This document shows positions 26,668 to 36,502 of a DNA stretch of 64,000 nucleotides, piece by piece. Source of the DNA: Bacteroidota bacterium (GTDB lineage Bacteria; Bacteroidota; Rhodothermia; Rhodothermales; JAHQVL01); assembly GCA_039111535.1 (NCBI GenBank), contig JBCCIM010000004.1, positions 1,722 through 65,721 on the forward strand, written 5' to 3'. A program made the translations under genes and the position numbers. How positions within the stretch are numbered: the stretch's first letter is position 1; each line of letters begins with the position of its first letter. The notes below the pieces were generated by a model that was not told the DNA's origin, did not search any database, and saw nothing but the letters and a program-made list of their open reading frames with translations.

Positions 26668-26868
26668 ATGGCTACTGTAGTTCTTACTTTGGCAGTTATG
26701 GGGATGTGTTTTGCAATGATTGCAACGCGTATTCTCCTGGTTAAAGACGGCGAGTTTAAAGGGACTTGCAGTAGCAATAACCCCTATCTAAAAGACGACC
26801 TGGGCGAGTGTACTGTCTGTGGCAAAAAGGTTGATGAACCCTGCCAGATGGACGCCCAGAAGGCCTGA
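26668..26868 (+). CDS. nqrM: (Na+)-NQR maturation protein NqrM
   Basis: 66 aa. One TM helix (VVLTLAVMGMCFAMIA) is followed by the Cys motif GTCSSNNPYLKDDLGECTVCG...PC. It lies next to apbE and the nqr operon. Confidence 0.8.
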   Translation: MATVVLTLAVMGMCFAMIATRILLVKDGEFKGTCSSNNPYLKDDLGECTVCGKKVDEPCQMDAQKA

Positions 26869-26873
26869 TTTAT

Positions 26874-27944
26874 CTATTCTACTGTTCCGCTGCGGCTTAC
26901 ATCCTGCAATGATTGCGCTTCAGGGAAGCCTGCTGTTGTGGCCTCTTCAAATCCACCCTTTCCGTCTGCTGTAATAAAATACGCTTCAATGTCTGCTTGC
27001 GCCTCTGCCATTTGATGCGCTTTATCTTTTCCCATGACCATAAACGCTGTTGCATACGCGTCGGCTGTCATGCAATCTGGTCCTATTACCGACACACTTA
27101 GCAGGTCACTTTCTTCCGGATATCCCGTTTCCGGGTTAATGGTGTGTACGTATTTCTGTCCGTCGCGGACGTAGAAATTTCTGTAGTTACCTGATGTAGC
27201 AAGCGCCTGGTTGCCCAGGGTTATAGCAGCTTGCAGTTCACGCACTTCACTCTGTTCAAAAGAGGGTTTGTCAATGCCGGCGCGCCAGGGTCGGTTTTCT
27301 GGGTGCTGGCCTTTTGTACGCACTTCGCCGCCTATCTCCACAAAGTAGCTCTTGATGTTATGCCGCTCCAGTAATGCTGCAACAACATCTACACCGTAGC
27401 CTTTGGCGATTGCGCTAAAATCGACCTGTGCGCCCGGGTTTAGCTTTTTAAGGGTACTGTCTTTCAAAATAAACGCATCAAAGTCTGTGAGCCGTAACAG
27501 CGCATCAACTTCCTGTTGCGTGAGCGTGGAAGGGGCGTCTGCGCCAAATCCCCACGCAGTAATAAGCGGCCCCAGGGCAGGGTTAAACGCGCCAGCTGTT
27601 GAGGTGTGAATTGCTTTTGCGCGCTCGAATACGGTTACAAAATGCACATCAACAGGATGCCAGACACTCGTATCTGACGATGCATTGATGCGTGAGATGA
27701 TCGACGTGTCAATGTACGTTGAAAGGGATTCATTGACTTTGATGAGCCATCCGTCAGTCAATAATTTGAGTTTTTTAGGCGCTGTCGTTACATCGTGGCT
27801 AGCAACTGCCGTAATGTTGTAGGTGGTGCCCATGGTTTGTCCTGAATACTGAATCAAGGAGTCAACGGGCAGGGCCGGCGTGTCGTTGGTACAACCGGTA
27901 AACAAGACCAGCGAAAGGAGAAGGAGGAAGCTGAAGCGTACCAT
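26874..27944 (-). CDS. apbE: FAD:protein FMN transferase ApbE (lipoprotein)
   Basis: Lipobox LSLVLFTGC at the chosen start (ATG 27944). Motifs ALATSGNYRNF and HTINPETGYP. It lies immediately downstream of nqrF. Confidence 0.9.
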   Translation of the reverse strand: MVRFSFLLLLSLVLFTGCTNDTPALPVDSLIQYSGQTMGTTYNITAVASHDVTTAPKKLKLLTDGWLIKVNESLSTYIDTSIISRINASSDTSVWHPVDVHFVTVFERAKAIHTSTAGAFNPALGPLITAWGFGADAPSTLTQQEVDALLRLTDFDAFILKDSTLKKLNPGAQVDFSAIAKGYGVDVVAALLERHNIKSYFVEIGGEVRTKGQHPENRPWRAGIDKPSFEQSEVRELQAAITLGNQALATSGNYRNFYVRDGQKYVHTINPETGYPEESDLLSVSVIGPDCMTADAYATAFMVMGKDKAHQMAEAQADIEAYFITADGKGGFEEATTAGFPEAQSLQDVSRSGTVE

Positions 27945-28062
27945 GAAGCTGAGGTGCAAGATCGTAAGTGTAATGAAACGGGCACAACAAAAAAGGGGAA
28001 TAGCTTGCAGGCCATTCCCCTTTGAAGGTGTCAACGTGAATGCATTGCATCCACAGCGTCAA

Positions 28063-29319
28063 TCAACCGAAGTCATCGAACGCAATGTTGCTTGGTGGAA
28101 CGCCGAGCTCGTCGAGCATATTCATAACAGCTTTGAGCATGAGCGGTGGGCCACACAGGTAGTATTCAATCTCTTCGGGCTCAGGGTGTTTGCTGAGGTA
28201 CTGGTCGAGCACAACCTGGTGAATAAAACCGACTGGGCCTTCCCAATTATCCTCTGGCAGCGGCTCTGAAAGACCAATGTGGTACTTGAAGTTCGGAAAA
28301 TCTTTCTCGATATCCCGGAAATGGTCTGTATAGAACAGCTCCCGCAAAGAACGGCCGCCATACCAGTACGATACGGTACGGTCTGTTTTTAGCGTATGGA
28401 ACAGGTGGAAGATGTGCGACCGGAGCGGAGCCATGCCGGCACCACCACCAATGTAGACCATCTCTTTGCCGGTATCCTTGATGAAGAACTCACCGTAAGG
28501 ACCAGAAATCGTAACTTTGTCGCCCACGTTACGCGAGAATACGTAAGAAGAACAGAGGCCTGGATTCACATCCATCCACTGGTTTTTCGCGCGATCCCAC
28601 GGCGGCGTAGCAATACGGATGTTGAGCATAACGATGTTGCCTTCTGCAGGATGGTTGGCCATTGAGTAGGCACGGTAGGCAAGCTCATCGTTTTTCATTT
28701 TCAGGCCCCATAGCCCGAATTTGTCCCAATCGGCGTGGTATTCTTCCTGGACCTTCATGTCCTTGAAGTTTACCTCGATAGGGGGGACGTCGATCTGGAT
28801 GTAACCACCAGACTGGAAATCGAGGATTTCGCCTTCAGGCAGCTTAACAACAAACTCCTTGATAAAGGTAGCCACGTTGTCGTTGCCGATGACTTCGCAA
28901 TCCCACTTTTTGATACCGAAGATTTCTTCTTCGACGTGGATTTCCATGTCCTGCTTCACTTTGACCTGACAACCCAGACGCCAGTTTTCGCCGGCTTCTT
29001 TCCGGGTAAGGTGGTTCATTTCAGTTGGCAGTACATCACCACCACCTTCCATAACCTGGCAACGGCACATCGCGCAGGTACCCCCGCCACCACAGGCAGA
29101 GGGGAGAAAGATGTTCTTTTCAGAGAGTGCCGTGAGCAGGGTGTCACCTGGCTTCACAACAAGCGGGTTTTCTTCGTCACCATTGACGATAATCTTCACG
29201 TCGCCAGAAGGCATCAACTTCTCTTTTGCCAACACAAGCAGACCCACAAGGATCAGTGTCAGGGCAACAAAAGCGCCGATGCTCGCCAGCAGGACGGGTA
29301 CCATATTCATTAATTCCAT
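28063..29319 (-). CDS. nqrF: Na+-translocating NADH:quinone oxidoreductase subunit F
   Basis: N-terminal TM segment. 2Fe-2S motif [15 protein letters not shown] motif RAYSMAN. NADH motif GGGAGMAP. Confidence 0.97.
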   Translation of the reverse strand: MELMNMVPVLLASIGAFVALTLILVGLLVLAKEKLMPSGDVKIIVNGDEENPLVVKPGDTLLTALSEKNIFLPSACGGGGTCAMCRCQVMEGGGDVLPTEMNHLTRKEAGENWRLGCQVKVKQDMEIHVEEEIFGIKKWDCEVIGNDNVATFIKEFVVKLPEGEILDFQSGGYIQIDVPPIEVNFKDMKVQEEYHADWDKFGLWGLKMKNDELAYRAYSMANHPAEGNIVMLNIRIATPPWDRAKNQWMDVNPGLCSSYVFSRNVGDKVTISGPYGEFFIKDTGKEMVYIGGGAGMAPLRSHIFHLFHTLKTDRTVSYWYGGRSLRELFYTDHFRDIEKDFPNFKYHIGLSEPLPEDNWEGPVGFIHQVVLDQYLSKHPEPEEIEYYLCGPPLMLKAVMNMLDELGVPPSNIAFDDFG

Positions 29320-29345
29320 ATCTATCTGCAGCTTTGATTAAAGCT

Positions 29346-29957
29346 TTATAATTGGATACCGGCAAAACTCATGAAGGCAACACCCATGAGTCCGGTAATG
29401 ATAAACGCGAGACCCAGTCCTCTCAATGCAGGGGGGATATGGGAGTAACGCAGTTTTTCACGAATAGATGCAATGGCAACAATGGCGAGGAAAAAACCGA
29501 AACCAGAGCCAATACCAAAGACAACAGCCTCATCGAATGCGTAGTCGCGCTCCATGATGAAGAGCGAGCCACCAAGGATGGCGCAGTTCACCGTGATCAG
29601 CGGTAGGAAAATGCCAAGGGAGGTATAGAGCGCCGGGAAATACCGCTCTACTACGATTTCTACGAGCTGTACCATTGATGCAATTACCGCGATAAAAACG
29701 ATGAACTGCAGGAAGGTCAGGTCTACATTGGCGAGGCTTGGCGACAGGGCTGCGAGGGCACCTTCTTTCAAAACGAACGTGTTGACGATCCAGTTGATTG
29801 GTGCAGTGATCGCGAGTACAAAAATTACTGCAAGCCCGAGACCGAATGCCGTCTTGACCGTTTTGGAGACCGCGAGGTAAGAACACATACCCAGGAAATA
29901 CGCCAGGATCATGTTCTCAATGAAAGCGGATTTTATAAATAAGTTAACCAGTTCCAT
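29346..29957 (-). CDS. nqrE: Na+-NQR subunit E
   Basis: [24 protein letters not shown]. Polytopic protein of about 200 aa. Confidence 0.95.
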   Translation of the reverse strand: MELVNLFIKSAFIENMILAYFLGMCSYLAVSKTVKTAFGLGLAVIFVLAITAPINWIVNTFVLKEGALAALSPSLANVDLTFLQFIVFIAVIASMVQLVEIVVERYFPALYTSLGIFLPLITVNCAILGGSLFIMERDYAFDEAVVFGIGSGFGFFLAIVAIASIREKLRYSHIPPALRGLGLAFIITGLMGVAFMSFAGIQL

Positions 29958-30007
29958 GGTTCTAATGTGCTACTAGGGTTGAAAGACACCAGTGAAAAAC
30001 AACGGCT

Positions 30008-30700
30008 TTAGGATACATCAACAAGTTTGCTGTTGATGGAGCGTTGCAGCCAGATCAACAGGCCGATGATGAACATCGCTGCTGCTGACGTGAGCATGAT
30101 GCCATTGTTTTCATAGCCCATGTCGTAGAGAAACTGCGGGATTACTTGAACACCGAACAAGGTGCCGGCGCCAAACAGTTCGCGGAAGAAGGCAACCACC
30201 AGCAGGATGGCACCATAGCCAATGCCGTTCCCGAGGCCGTCAAGCAATGAGGGCCATGGTTTGTTGCCCATAGCAAAAGCTTCCAGCCGGCCCATCACGA
30301 TACAGTTGGTGATGATCAGGCCGATGTAAACGGACAATTCCCGGCTTACATCGTACACAAATGCTTTCAGCACCTGGTCAACCAGAATTACAAGGCTGGC
30401 AATTACAGTCAACTGTACGATCATCCTGATACGCGACGGGATGGTGTTGCGCAATACAGAAATGATGAAGTTGGCGCTAGAGATAACCACAATTACAGAG
30501 AGCGTCATTACAAACGCCGGCTTCATTTGTGTGGTTACTGCCAGTGCAGAACATACCCCCAACACCTGGACCGTAATCGGGTTGTTGTCATTGAACGGGT
30601 CCGTAATGAGTCGCTTGTTCTTTTTCGAGAACAACGGCTCTTTAGGTTCTGGTTTTAGAACTTCGGCACCCGAGGTTTTATCAACGGTTTCGGTACTCAT
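30008..30700 (-). CDS. nqrD: Na+-NQR subunit D
   Basis: DNNPITVQVLGVCSALAVT, polytopic, with the operon position expected for nqrD. Confidence 0.95.
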   Translation of the reverse strand: MSTETVDKTSGAEVLKPEPKEPLFSKKNKRLITDPFNDNNPITVQVLGVCSALAVTTQMKPAFVMTLSVIVVISSANFIISVLRNTIPSRIRMIVQLTVIASLVILVDQVLKAFVYDVSRELSVYIGLIITNCIVMGRLEAFAMGNKPWPSLLDGLGNGIGYGAILLVVAFFRELFGAGTLFGVQVIPQFLYDMGYENNGIMLTSAAAMFIIGLLIWLQRSINSKLVDVS

Positions 30701-30707
30701 ACCAGAT

Positions 30708-31403
30708 CTATGATTTAATTTTGTTGAAGTATGGGGAGTAGTTTTGCAGTTCCTCGCCGAACATGGTTGTTACACCATTGGTTGTCATCGTGGAGCCGGA
30801 AATGCCATCTACGATGTGGGGCTCACTTTCTACGTCATTACCGCTGCCTTTCAGCACGGCAATTGTAGCAAAAGTGCCGGAGATATCATAAATTTTTTTG
30901 CCTTTATACTGATCCTGAAATCGGTCGGTTTTGATTTCAGCACCCAGGCCTGGCGTTTCTTTTTCATGATCAAAGACGACACCGTAGATCGTAGTTACGT
31001 CATCTTCCAGCGCCACAAAAGCACTGATTGGCCCCCAGAGGCCGGTGCCCTGAATCGGGATGATGAAGTTGGTGCGTGAGTCGTCTTTATACACGAACAG
31101 GGGAAGCAGACGTTCTTCAGGGCTTTTCTTTGATTCTTTCGCTACATCTAAATCAAATGCAACCGCATCAGCTACTTCTTCACCATCCACGTTTACAACA
31201 ACTTCTGTGATGAAATTGCTATAGTCCGCTTCCAGGGTTTCTTCATTTACCTCCATGACGCTCTGCAAAATTGCTTTGCGCTTGGCCTGGTCTTCATTGA
31301 TCTTTTGTAACGGGTACAAACTGGTTGCCGCAACAGCCAGTACGAGCGCGACGAGCGCCGTAAAGCCCATAGCGTAAAGGAATGTATATCTATTTGAGTG
31401 CAC
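30708..31403 (-). CDS. nqrC: Na+-NQR subunit C (FMN-binding)
   Basis: N-terminal TM segment. DGISGSTMT flavinylation-type motif. Operon position fits nqrC. Confidence 0.93.
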   Translation of the reverse strand: MHSNRYTFLYAMGFTALVALVLAVAATSLYPLQKINEDQAKRKAILQSVMEVNEETLEADYSNFITEVVVNVDGEEVADAVAFDLDVAKESKKSPEERLLPLFVYKDDSRTNFIIPIQGTGLWGPISAFVALEDDVTTIYGVVFDHEKETPGLGAEIKTDRFQDQYKGKKIYDISGTFATIAVLKGSGNDVESEPHIVDGISGSTMTTNGVTTMFGEELQNYSPYFNKIKS

Positions 31404-32574
31404 GGCTCAGCCTCCGTTTAATGTTCGACTGTACAACAAGGTGGTCAATGGTTGGGGCAAAAACGTTCATGAACAAGATTGCAAGCATCCAGCCTTCCGG
31501 ATATGCCGGGTTGAGGACGCGGATAATCATGCCAAAGACACCAATAAAAAATCCATAGACCCATTTGCCTCGAATGGTTTGTGAGGCGGTGACCGGGTCG
31601 GTGGCCATAAATACCATAGCGAACAGCATGCTGCCCATCACGAGGTGGTAATGCGCAGGTACATCCGGGAAAGGATTAATGTCTGCAATGGCAAGCACAG
31701 ATGCAGTAACGAAGCCGCCGATGAGCATGCTCAGCATAATGCGCCAACTGCCAATACCGGTTGCAAGCAGGATCAGGGCACCAATAGCGATCGCAATAAT
31801 TGACGTCTCACCAATTGAGCCCGGGATAAAGCCTAGCGTGATATTGGACAGGCTGTACGAGACGTGTTGCATGGCATCCAGGCCGGCAATGCCGTTTTGG
31901 AAAGCTACAGCCAGTGGTGTAGCGCCTGAGAACCCATCTACGAAGAGACTGGAGTCGCCGGCGATCCAGACTTTGTCGCCTGAGATATACGTTGGATAGG
32001 CAAAGAAAATGAACACACGTGCGGTAAGCGCAACATTCAAAATGTTCATGCCTGTACCGCCAAAAGCCTCTTTACCAACAACTACCGCAAAAATGGTTGC
32101 CAGCGCGACCATCCAAAGCGGAACAGTTGGCGGCATCACCAGCGGAATCAGCATCCCGGTCACCAGGAAGCCTTCATTCACCGAATGCTGTCGCGAGACG
32201 GCAAAAGCAAACTCAACACCAAGGCCGACGCCGTAGGATACGATCACAATAGGGAGCACTTTAAGCGCGCCATACATGATTTTATCGACGAAGCCTTCGC
32301 CGAGTCCAGCAAACTCACCCATGGCGAGGAAATGCTGGTGGCCGACATTCCAGATACCAAAGAGCAGGCATGGAATCATCGCAACAACCACGGTAAACAT
32401 GGTGCGCTTCAGATCAATGCCGTCTTTAATGTGTGCTTCTCCTTTACCGGTTGCATGACCCGGCACAAAGAGGAAGGTCTCAAAAGCATCATACGCGTAG
32501 TACAGCTTATTCAGCTTGCCGCCTTCCTCAAAATGGGGCTTTAAACCGCCCAGTATATTTTCAAATAGTTTCAT
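31390..32574 (-). CDS. nqrB: Na+-NQR subunit B
   Basis: FGGTGMNILNVAL and DGFSGATPL motifs. Polytopic. Overlaps nqrC by 14 nt. Confidence 0.95.
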   Translation of the reverse strand: MKLFENILGGLKPHFEEGGKLNKLYYAYDAFETFLFVPGHATGKGEAHIKDGIDLKRTMFTVVVAMIPCLLFGIWNVGHQHFLAMGEFAGLGEGFVDKIMYGALKVLPIVIVSYGVGLGVEFAFAVSRQHSVNEGFLVTGMLIPLVMPPTVPLWMVALATIFAVVVGKEAFGGTGMNILNVALTARVFIFFAYPTYISGDKVWIAGDSSLFVDGFSGATPLAVAFQNGIAGLDAMQHVSYSLSNITLGFIPGSIGETSIIAIAIGALILLATGIGSWRIMLSMLIGGFVTASVLAIADINPFPDVPAHYHLVMGSMLFAMVFMATDPVTASQTIRGKWVYGFFIGVFGMIIRVLNPAYPEGWMLAILFMNVFAPTIDHLVVQSNIKRRLSRALK

Positions 32575-32607
32575 ATTCAGTCAGAATCTCTTCCCGATTC
32601 AAGTGTG

Positions 32608-33960
32608 TCATCCTTCGATGCGTACAAGGTCGAGACCTTCGCGCAAAATCTTCTGTACAGGCTGTTTGGACGTGCAAACAAACTCACACAGTGCTACATC
32701 TTCTTCCACAAGCTCGTAAATGCCAAGGCCTTCCATCTGGTCAAAGTCCTGGTACATAATGGACTTGATCAGGTGTTGAGGCAAGACATCCATCGGCATA
32801 ACCTTTTCGTACTGTCCGGTCATTACGTAGGCACGCTCTTCTCCGTGGTTGTTGGAGTTGACGTGGTACTCGCGGTTGGGGAAGAGGAACGATGGGAAGG
32901 TCCTTGAGAGGCTTGGGCGCGGGTAGCTTGGGAATAACCATCCCAGGAATTCGTGCTTGTTGCCTTCTTCGATGACGCTCACGAGGTCGTCAAACATACC
33001 TACAAATCCTTCGCTGGTAATCTGGGTCCCAGTAAGTACGTTGCCGCTGATATAGCGTACGTTGTCGTGGTTTACGTTGTTTTCCACGACCGACTTAATG
33101 GACGCGCCGATCCGCGTTTTGAAGTAGCCTGTTGTTTTCAGCTCGTCGCCTGCAAAGGCAACCGTACGCTCAGCATCATAAATGCCTTCTGCGAAAAGTT
33201 TACCGATGATGGCAACATCTTGGGGCCGAATGGTCCAGACCGTGTCTCCTTTGCTGATGGCTGAAACGTGGTGAATGTGAACACCAACGTTGCCGGCAGG
33301 GTGGGGGCCTTTGAACGCATGCGTTTTGACACCTTCTGCGCGTTTGTAAACTTCTGCAGAGGTTGACGTGACGCCCAGGTGAACTGCGCCGGCTGTAAGC
33401 TTCCCTAGCACATTCAGGCCATGCTGGAAATCTTTTTCCTTGCCCTGAATGACATAGTTTTGGTCAGCCGCCAGCGGAGCTGTGTCGAAGCAGGAGACAA
33501 AAATGTCTCGCGGTACGACATCCGGGTTTGGCACCACGTTGTACGGGCGTTGACGCATCAGCACCCAGGCACCCGATTCGAGGAGTCGGTTTACGATGTC
33601 TTCGCGAGATGCCGATGAAGGATCCATTTTTCCAAACTCGTGATATTTGATATCAGAGTCGGGCAGGATCACAATCTCGCTGATCGCGCGTTTCGCTCCG
33701 CGTCGAACTTCTACAATTTCGCCGCTAACAGGCGCCGAATAGATGATGTTCGGGGAGGGTTTATCAAAAAAGAGAGGTTCGCCGGCGCGAACCTCTTCTC
33801 CTTCTTTAACTCTTAATTTTGGTATAGGGGCAATGCCAATAATGTCCGTTGGCTTTAAAGCAAATAGACTGGGCTGCGCCACATCAAGGATTTTGTTTTC
33901 AGCTGTTCCTTTGAGCCGAATATCAAACCCTTTTTTTAGATTTTTAACGCCGTTGTTCAT
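32608..33960 (-). CDS. nqrA: Na+-NQR subunit A
   Basis: Start chosen at MNNGVKNLKKGFDIRLKG (ATG 33960). Soluble protein of about 450 aa at the head of nqrBCDEF. Confidence 0.93.
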   Translation of the reverse strand: MNNGVKNLKKGFDIRLKGTAENKILDVAQPSLFALKPTDIIGIAPIPKLRVKEGEEVRAGEPLFFDKPSPNIIYSAPVSGEIVEVRRGAKRAISEIVILPDSDIKYHEFGKMDPSSASREDIVNRLLESGAWVLMRQRPYNVVPNPDVVPRDIFVSCFDTAPLAADQNYVIQGKEKDFQHGLNVLGKLTAGAVHLGVTSTSAEVYKRAEGVKTHAFKGPHPAGNVGVHIHHVSAISKGDTVWTIRPQDVAIIGKLFAEGIYDAERTVAFAGDELKTTGYFKTRIGASIKSVVENNVNHDNVRYISGNVLTGTQITSEGFVGMFDDLVSVIEEGNKHEFLGWLFPSYPRPSLSRTFPSFLFPNREYHVNSNNHGEERAYVMTGQYEKVMPMDVLPQHLIKSIMYQDFDQMEGLGIYELVEEDVALCEFVCTSKQPVQKILREGLDLVRIEG

Positions 33961-34003
33961 AAAGCGTGTGACAAAAACCGAATAATTCCTCAAAATTGAT
34001 GCA

Positions 34004-34030
34004 AAAGAGCGTGGAGTAGCTCCACCTTTT
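34004..34030 (-). terminator. short hairpin with flanking A/T runs between the 119-aa ORF and nqrA
   Basis: aaaagagc GTGGAG tag CTCCAC ctttt. On the minus strand the hairpin is followed by tcttttgcatcaatttt. Confidence 0.45.
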
Positions 34031-34109
34031 ACATCGCTTGCTTAAACGCACTAGTATAGATAATCCTTTCCAGTATCTGCTACATTCACGTATTATTAAT
34101 ACCACACGA

Positions 34110-34469
34110 TCAAAAAATGTTAATTTGATCGATTTTGAATGGTCCGGAAGCAATCATCAAATGCGCTACCTGTTGTGCACTTATGTTGATCGGGCGGAGG
34201 CGCATATCAAACCCCTCGTGCTCAATCGAAAACTGTGTGGCTCCCAATAATTGGGCGCCCTCCAGTACCAACTTTACAACCTTGATCAGAAACGCCTCAT
34301 CCGAAGTATGCACAACAACGGCGAGTTCGGGCGCCCTGAAACCTGCTCCTTTTTCCAGTACCTCAAATTCCACCGGATCCGCTTCTGGGTCCACACTGTC
34401 TGTCAGGAGATCAGCCAGCTTTTGTGTGGAAATATTCGGGATGTAAACCGGAATTTTTTTAGAGGCCAT
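34110..34469 (-). CDS. hypothetical protein (119 aa), upstream of nqrA on the same strand
   Basis: Clean ORF with an ATG start. I recognise no family. Confidence 0.5.
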   Translation of the reverse strand: MASKKIPVYIPNISTQKLADLLTDSVDPEADPVEFEVLEKGAGFRAPELAVVVHTSDEAFLIKVVKLVLEGAQLLGATQFSIEHEGFDMRLRPINISAQQVAHLMIASGPFKIDQINIF

Positions 34470-34580
34470 AGGGCATGCATTCTACCTTTGTCATAGCAGC
34501 GCTTATGTCCTGTAGAGCAAATTTTCACACCATGAAATAGGTATAGGAAGACATAGTTTCCACTTTTCCATGGTTTCATA

Positions 34581-34639
34581 ATCCAGGGTGAAACTTCAAC
34601 AAACCGGTTTAACGGATGGTGCAGCTATTCACCCTGGAT
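34581..34639. repeat. 12-bp perfect inverted repeat ATCCAGGGTGAA / TTCACCCTGGAT with 35-nt spacer containing the palindrome AAACCGGTTT
   Basis: Read directly. It lies between the mdh stop (34690) and the start of the 119-aa ORF (34469). Confidence 0.8.
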
Positions 34640-34689
34640 ATGAACGAAAATTGCGCATCAGGGACGACGCCCTGACGCCCGAGTGTGCC

Positions 34690-35622
34690 TCAGGATGCAT
34701 CCAGTCTAGCGAGTGCTTCCAGATTGGCTTTCACGTGCTCTGCAGAATTGTTCATCAGTGCTTTCTCTTCACTGCTCAAGTCTACTTCAATGATTTCTTT
34801 GATGCCGCCTTTGCCAAGTTTTGCTGGCACGCCGAGGAAAATATCATTGAGTCCGTACTGGCCTTCAAGCCGCGCAGCGCAAGGCAACACGCGGTTGGAA
34901 TCTTTAACGATGGCTTCAGCCATTTCAGCTGCTGCAGCGCCCGGTGCGTACCAGGCTGAGGTGCCCATCAGTTTTACAATCTCGCCGCCACCAAACTTGG
35001 TGCGCTCTACAATTGCGTTGATGGTTGCTTCATCCATCAGTTCAGGGAGGGGGATGCCTGAAACCGAGGTGTAGCGTGGGAGGGGTACCATGGTGTCACC
35101 GTGTCCACCTAGAAGCAGGGCTTCGATGGTTTTAACAGAAACGCCAAGTTCCATGGCAATAAATGCGCGGTACCGGGCCGTATCGAGCACGCCGGCCATA
35201 CCCATTACGCGTTCGCTTGGCAAGCCGCTTTCTTTGAATGCTGCATAAGCCATTACGTCGAGCGGATTGGAAACCACAATCAGAATGGCGTTGGGGCTAT
35301 CTGCCATGAGCAGCTTTGTCACTGAGCGGACAATCTTGGCGTTGATCGCGAGAAGATCGTCGCGGCTCATGCCGGGCTTCCGCGGAGAGCCGGCTGTGAT
35401 AATGGCGATGTCGGTACCTGCGGTATCTTTGTAATCGTTGGTACCTACAACGCGTGTATCGAAGAGGTGAATCGGAGCTGACTCCTGGATGTCGAGTGCC
35501 TTGCCCTGTGGCAGGCCGTCTACGATATCAATAATGACAACTTCATCCGCAATGTCTTTCCGCGCTACGCAGTCCGCTGCGGTGGCGCCTACATTCCCTG
35601 CGCCTATAACAGTGATTTTCAT
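34690..35622 (-). CDS. mdh: malate dehydrogenase (LDH-like MDH family)
   Basis: MKITVIGAGNVGAT Rossmann motif, GMSRDDL, LLGGHGDTMVP. The ATG at 35622 is preferred over the upstream track start. Confidence 0.95.
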   Translation of the reverse strand: MKITVIGAGNVGATAADCVARKDIADEVVIIDIVDGLPQGKALDIQESAPIHLFDTRVVGTNDYKDTAGTDIAIITAGSPRKPGMSRDDLLAINAKIVRSVTKLLMADSPNAILIVVSNPLDVMAYAAFKESGLPSERVMGMAGVLDTARYRAFIAMELGVSVKTIEALLLGGHGDTMVPLPRYTSVSGIPLPELMDEATINAIVERTKFGGGEIVKLMGTSAWYAPGAAAAEMAEAIVKDSNRVLPCAARLEGQYGLNDIFLGVPAKLGKGGIKEIIEVDLSSEEKALMNNSAEHVKANLEALARLDAS

Positions 35623-35810
35623 CTTAATACTTACGGGGTAACATGAACATATATGTGGAAACAGAACCAACTATAATCTGCGCTATACTAAGGCCGCCGG
35701 ACCTTATGCCGCATGCAAACTAATCCAAGATTTATCGAATTAACTGCATCGAAGAAAATTGTGGCGCATCAGCACGTGTGCCTTCACATCGAACGCAATT
35801 GGCGTGGCTT

Positions 35811-36248
35811 CTATTGGCTGGTCACGTTGAAGGTTTCATCGTAAGTAGAAACGGCAGCAATTATGTCTTGCTCGGTGAGGCCGTCTACGGTTAGCGTGAC
35901 CTGGTTGCTGTGGTCCTCGCTTTGTCCGATGATAACCAGGCCGCGGGTGTCTGCGGTAAAAGTGAACGTGCCATGGATGGTGGCGTGGGGCGTATTGAGT
36001 GAGATGGCATTGAAGGTGAACCCGGTATAGTCCATCGGGTCATTGCGGTGGGTGCCACTCTGGCCGCCAAAGGTGGGGGGGCGTACTTTCCATGCTTGCG
36101 CTGAAATGGCAATGTTCATGGCATCCGAAATGAGCGATTCTGCATTGCTCTTTTTCAGATTGTCTTCAAAGGTAAAAATGCCGGCAACGATAGCAACTGC
36201 TACGAGGACGATACCCAATACAAGAAGTAATAGCTGCTGCTGACCCAT
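35811..36248 (-). CDS. membrane-anchored hypothetical protein (145 aa)
   Basis: Single N-terminal hydrophobic helix LLLLVLGIVLVAVAIVAGIF followed by a beta-rich ectodomain. I recognise no family. Confidence 0.55.
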   Translation of the reverse strand: MGQQQLLLLVLGIVLVAVAIVAGIFTFEDNLKKSNAESLISDAMNIAISAQAWKVRPPTFGGQSGTHRNDPMDYTGFTFNAISLNTPHATIHGTFTFTADTRGLVIIGQSEDHSNQVTLTVDGLTEQDIIAAVSTYDETFNVTSQ

Positions 36249-36502
36249 TGCTCCGGGGGGAAGGGGATCCGGTCTTTAGTGAAGTAAAGTGTAAGGAGTT
36301 GTGAAAATACTAATCTTTTCCCAAAAATAAATAGCCTGGGGTCAACTATTCGCGATTCTGAGAACTTTTTCTGTTTTTGAAACCTGTATATGTTTAAATT
36401 ATGTAATACACTGTTTGTATCATTCCTGTACCTGTGCGCCCCTTTGGCGCCCACTGTGCTGCCAGTTGCCTGTTGTCGTTTCCCGTGCCGGCCTGATTCC
36501 CC

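Noticed and set aside
26608-34000. Na+-NQR locus as something unusual
   Set aside because: nqrABCDEF-apbE with a convergent nqrM is the standard complement. All cofactor motifs are present.
35811-36248. Type IV pilin/pseudopilin call for the 145-aa membrane-anchored protein
   Set aside because: The N-terminus is MGQQQLLLLV. It has no G-F/M-T-L-I-E type prepilin cleavage motif and no Glu5, so it shows only generic signal-anchor features.
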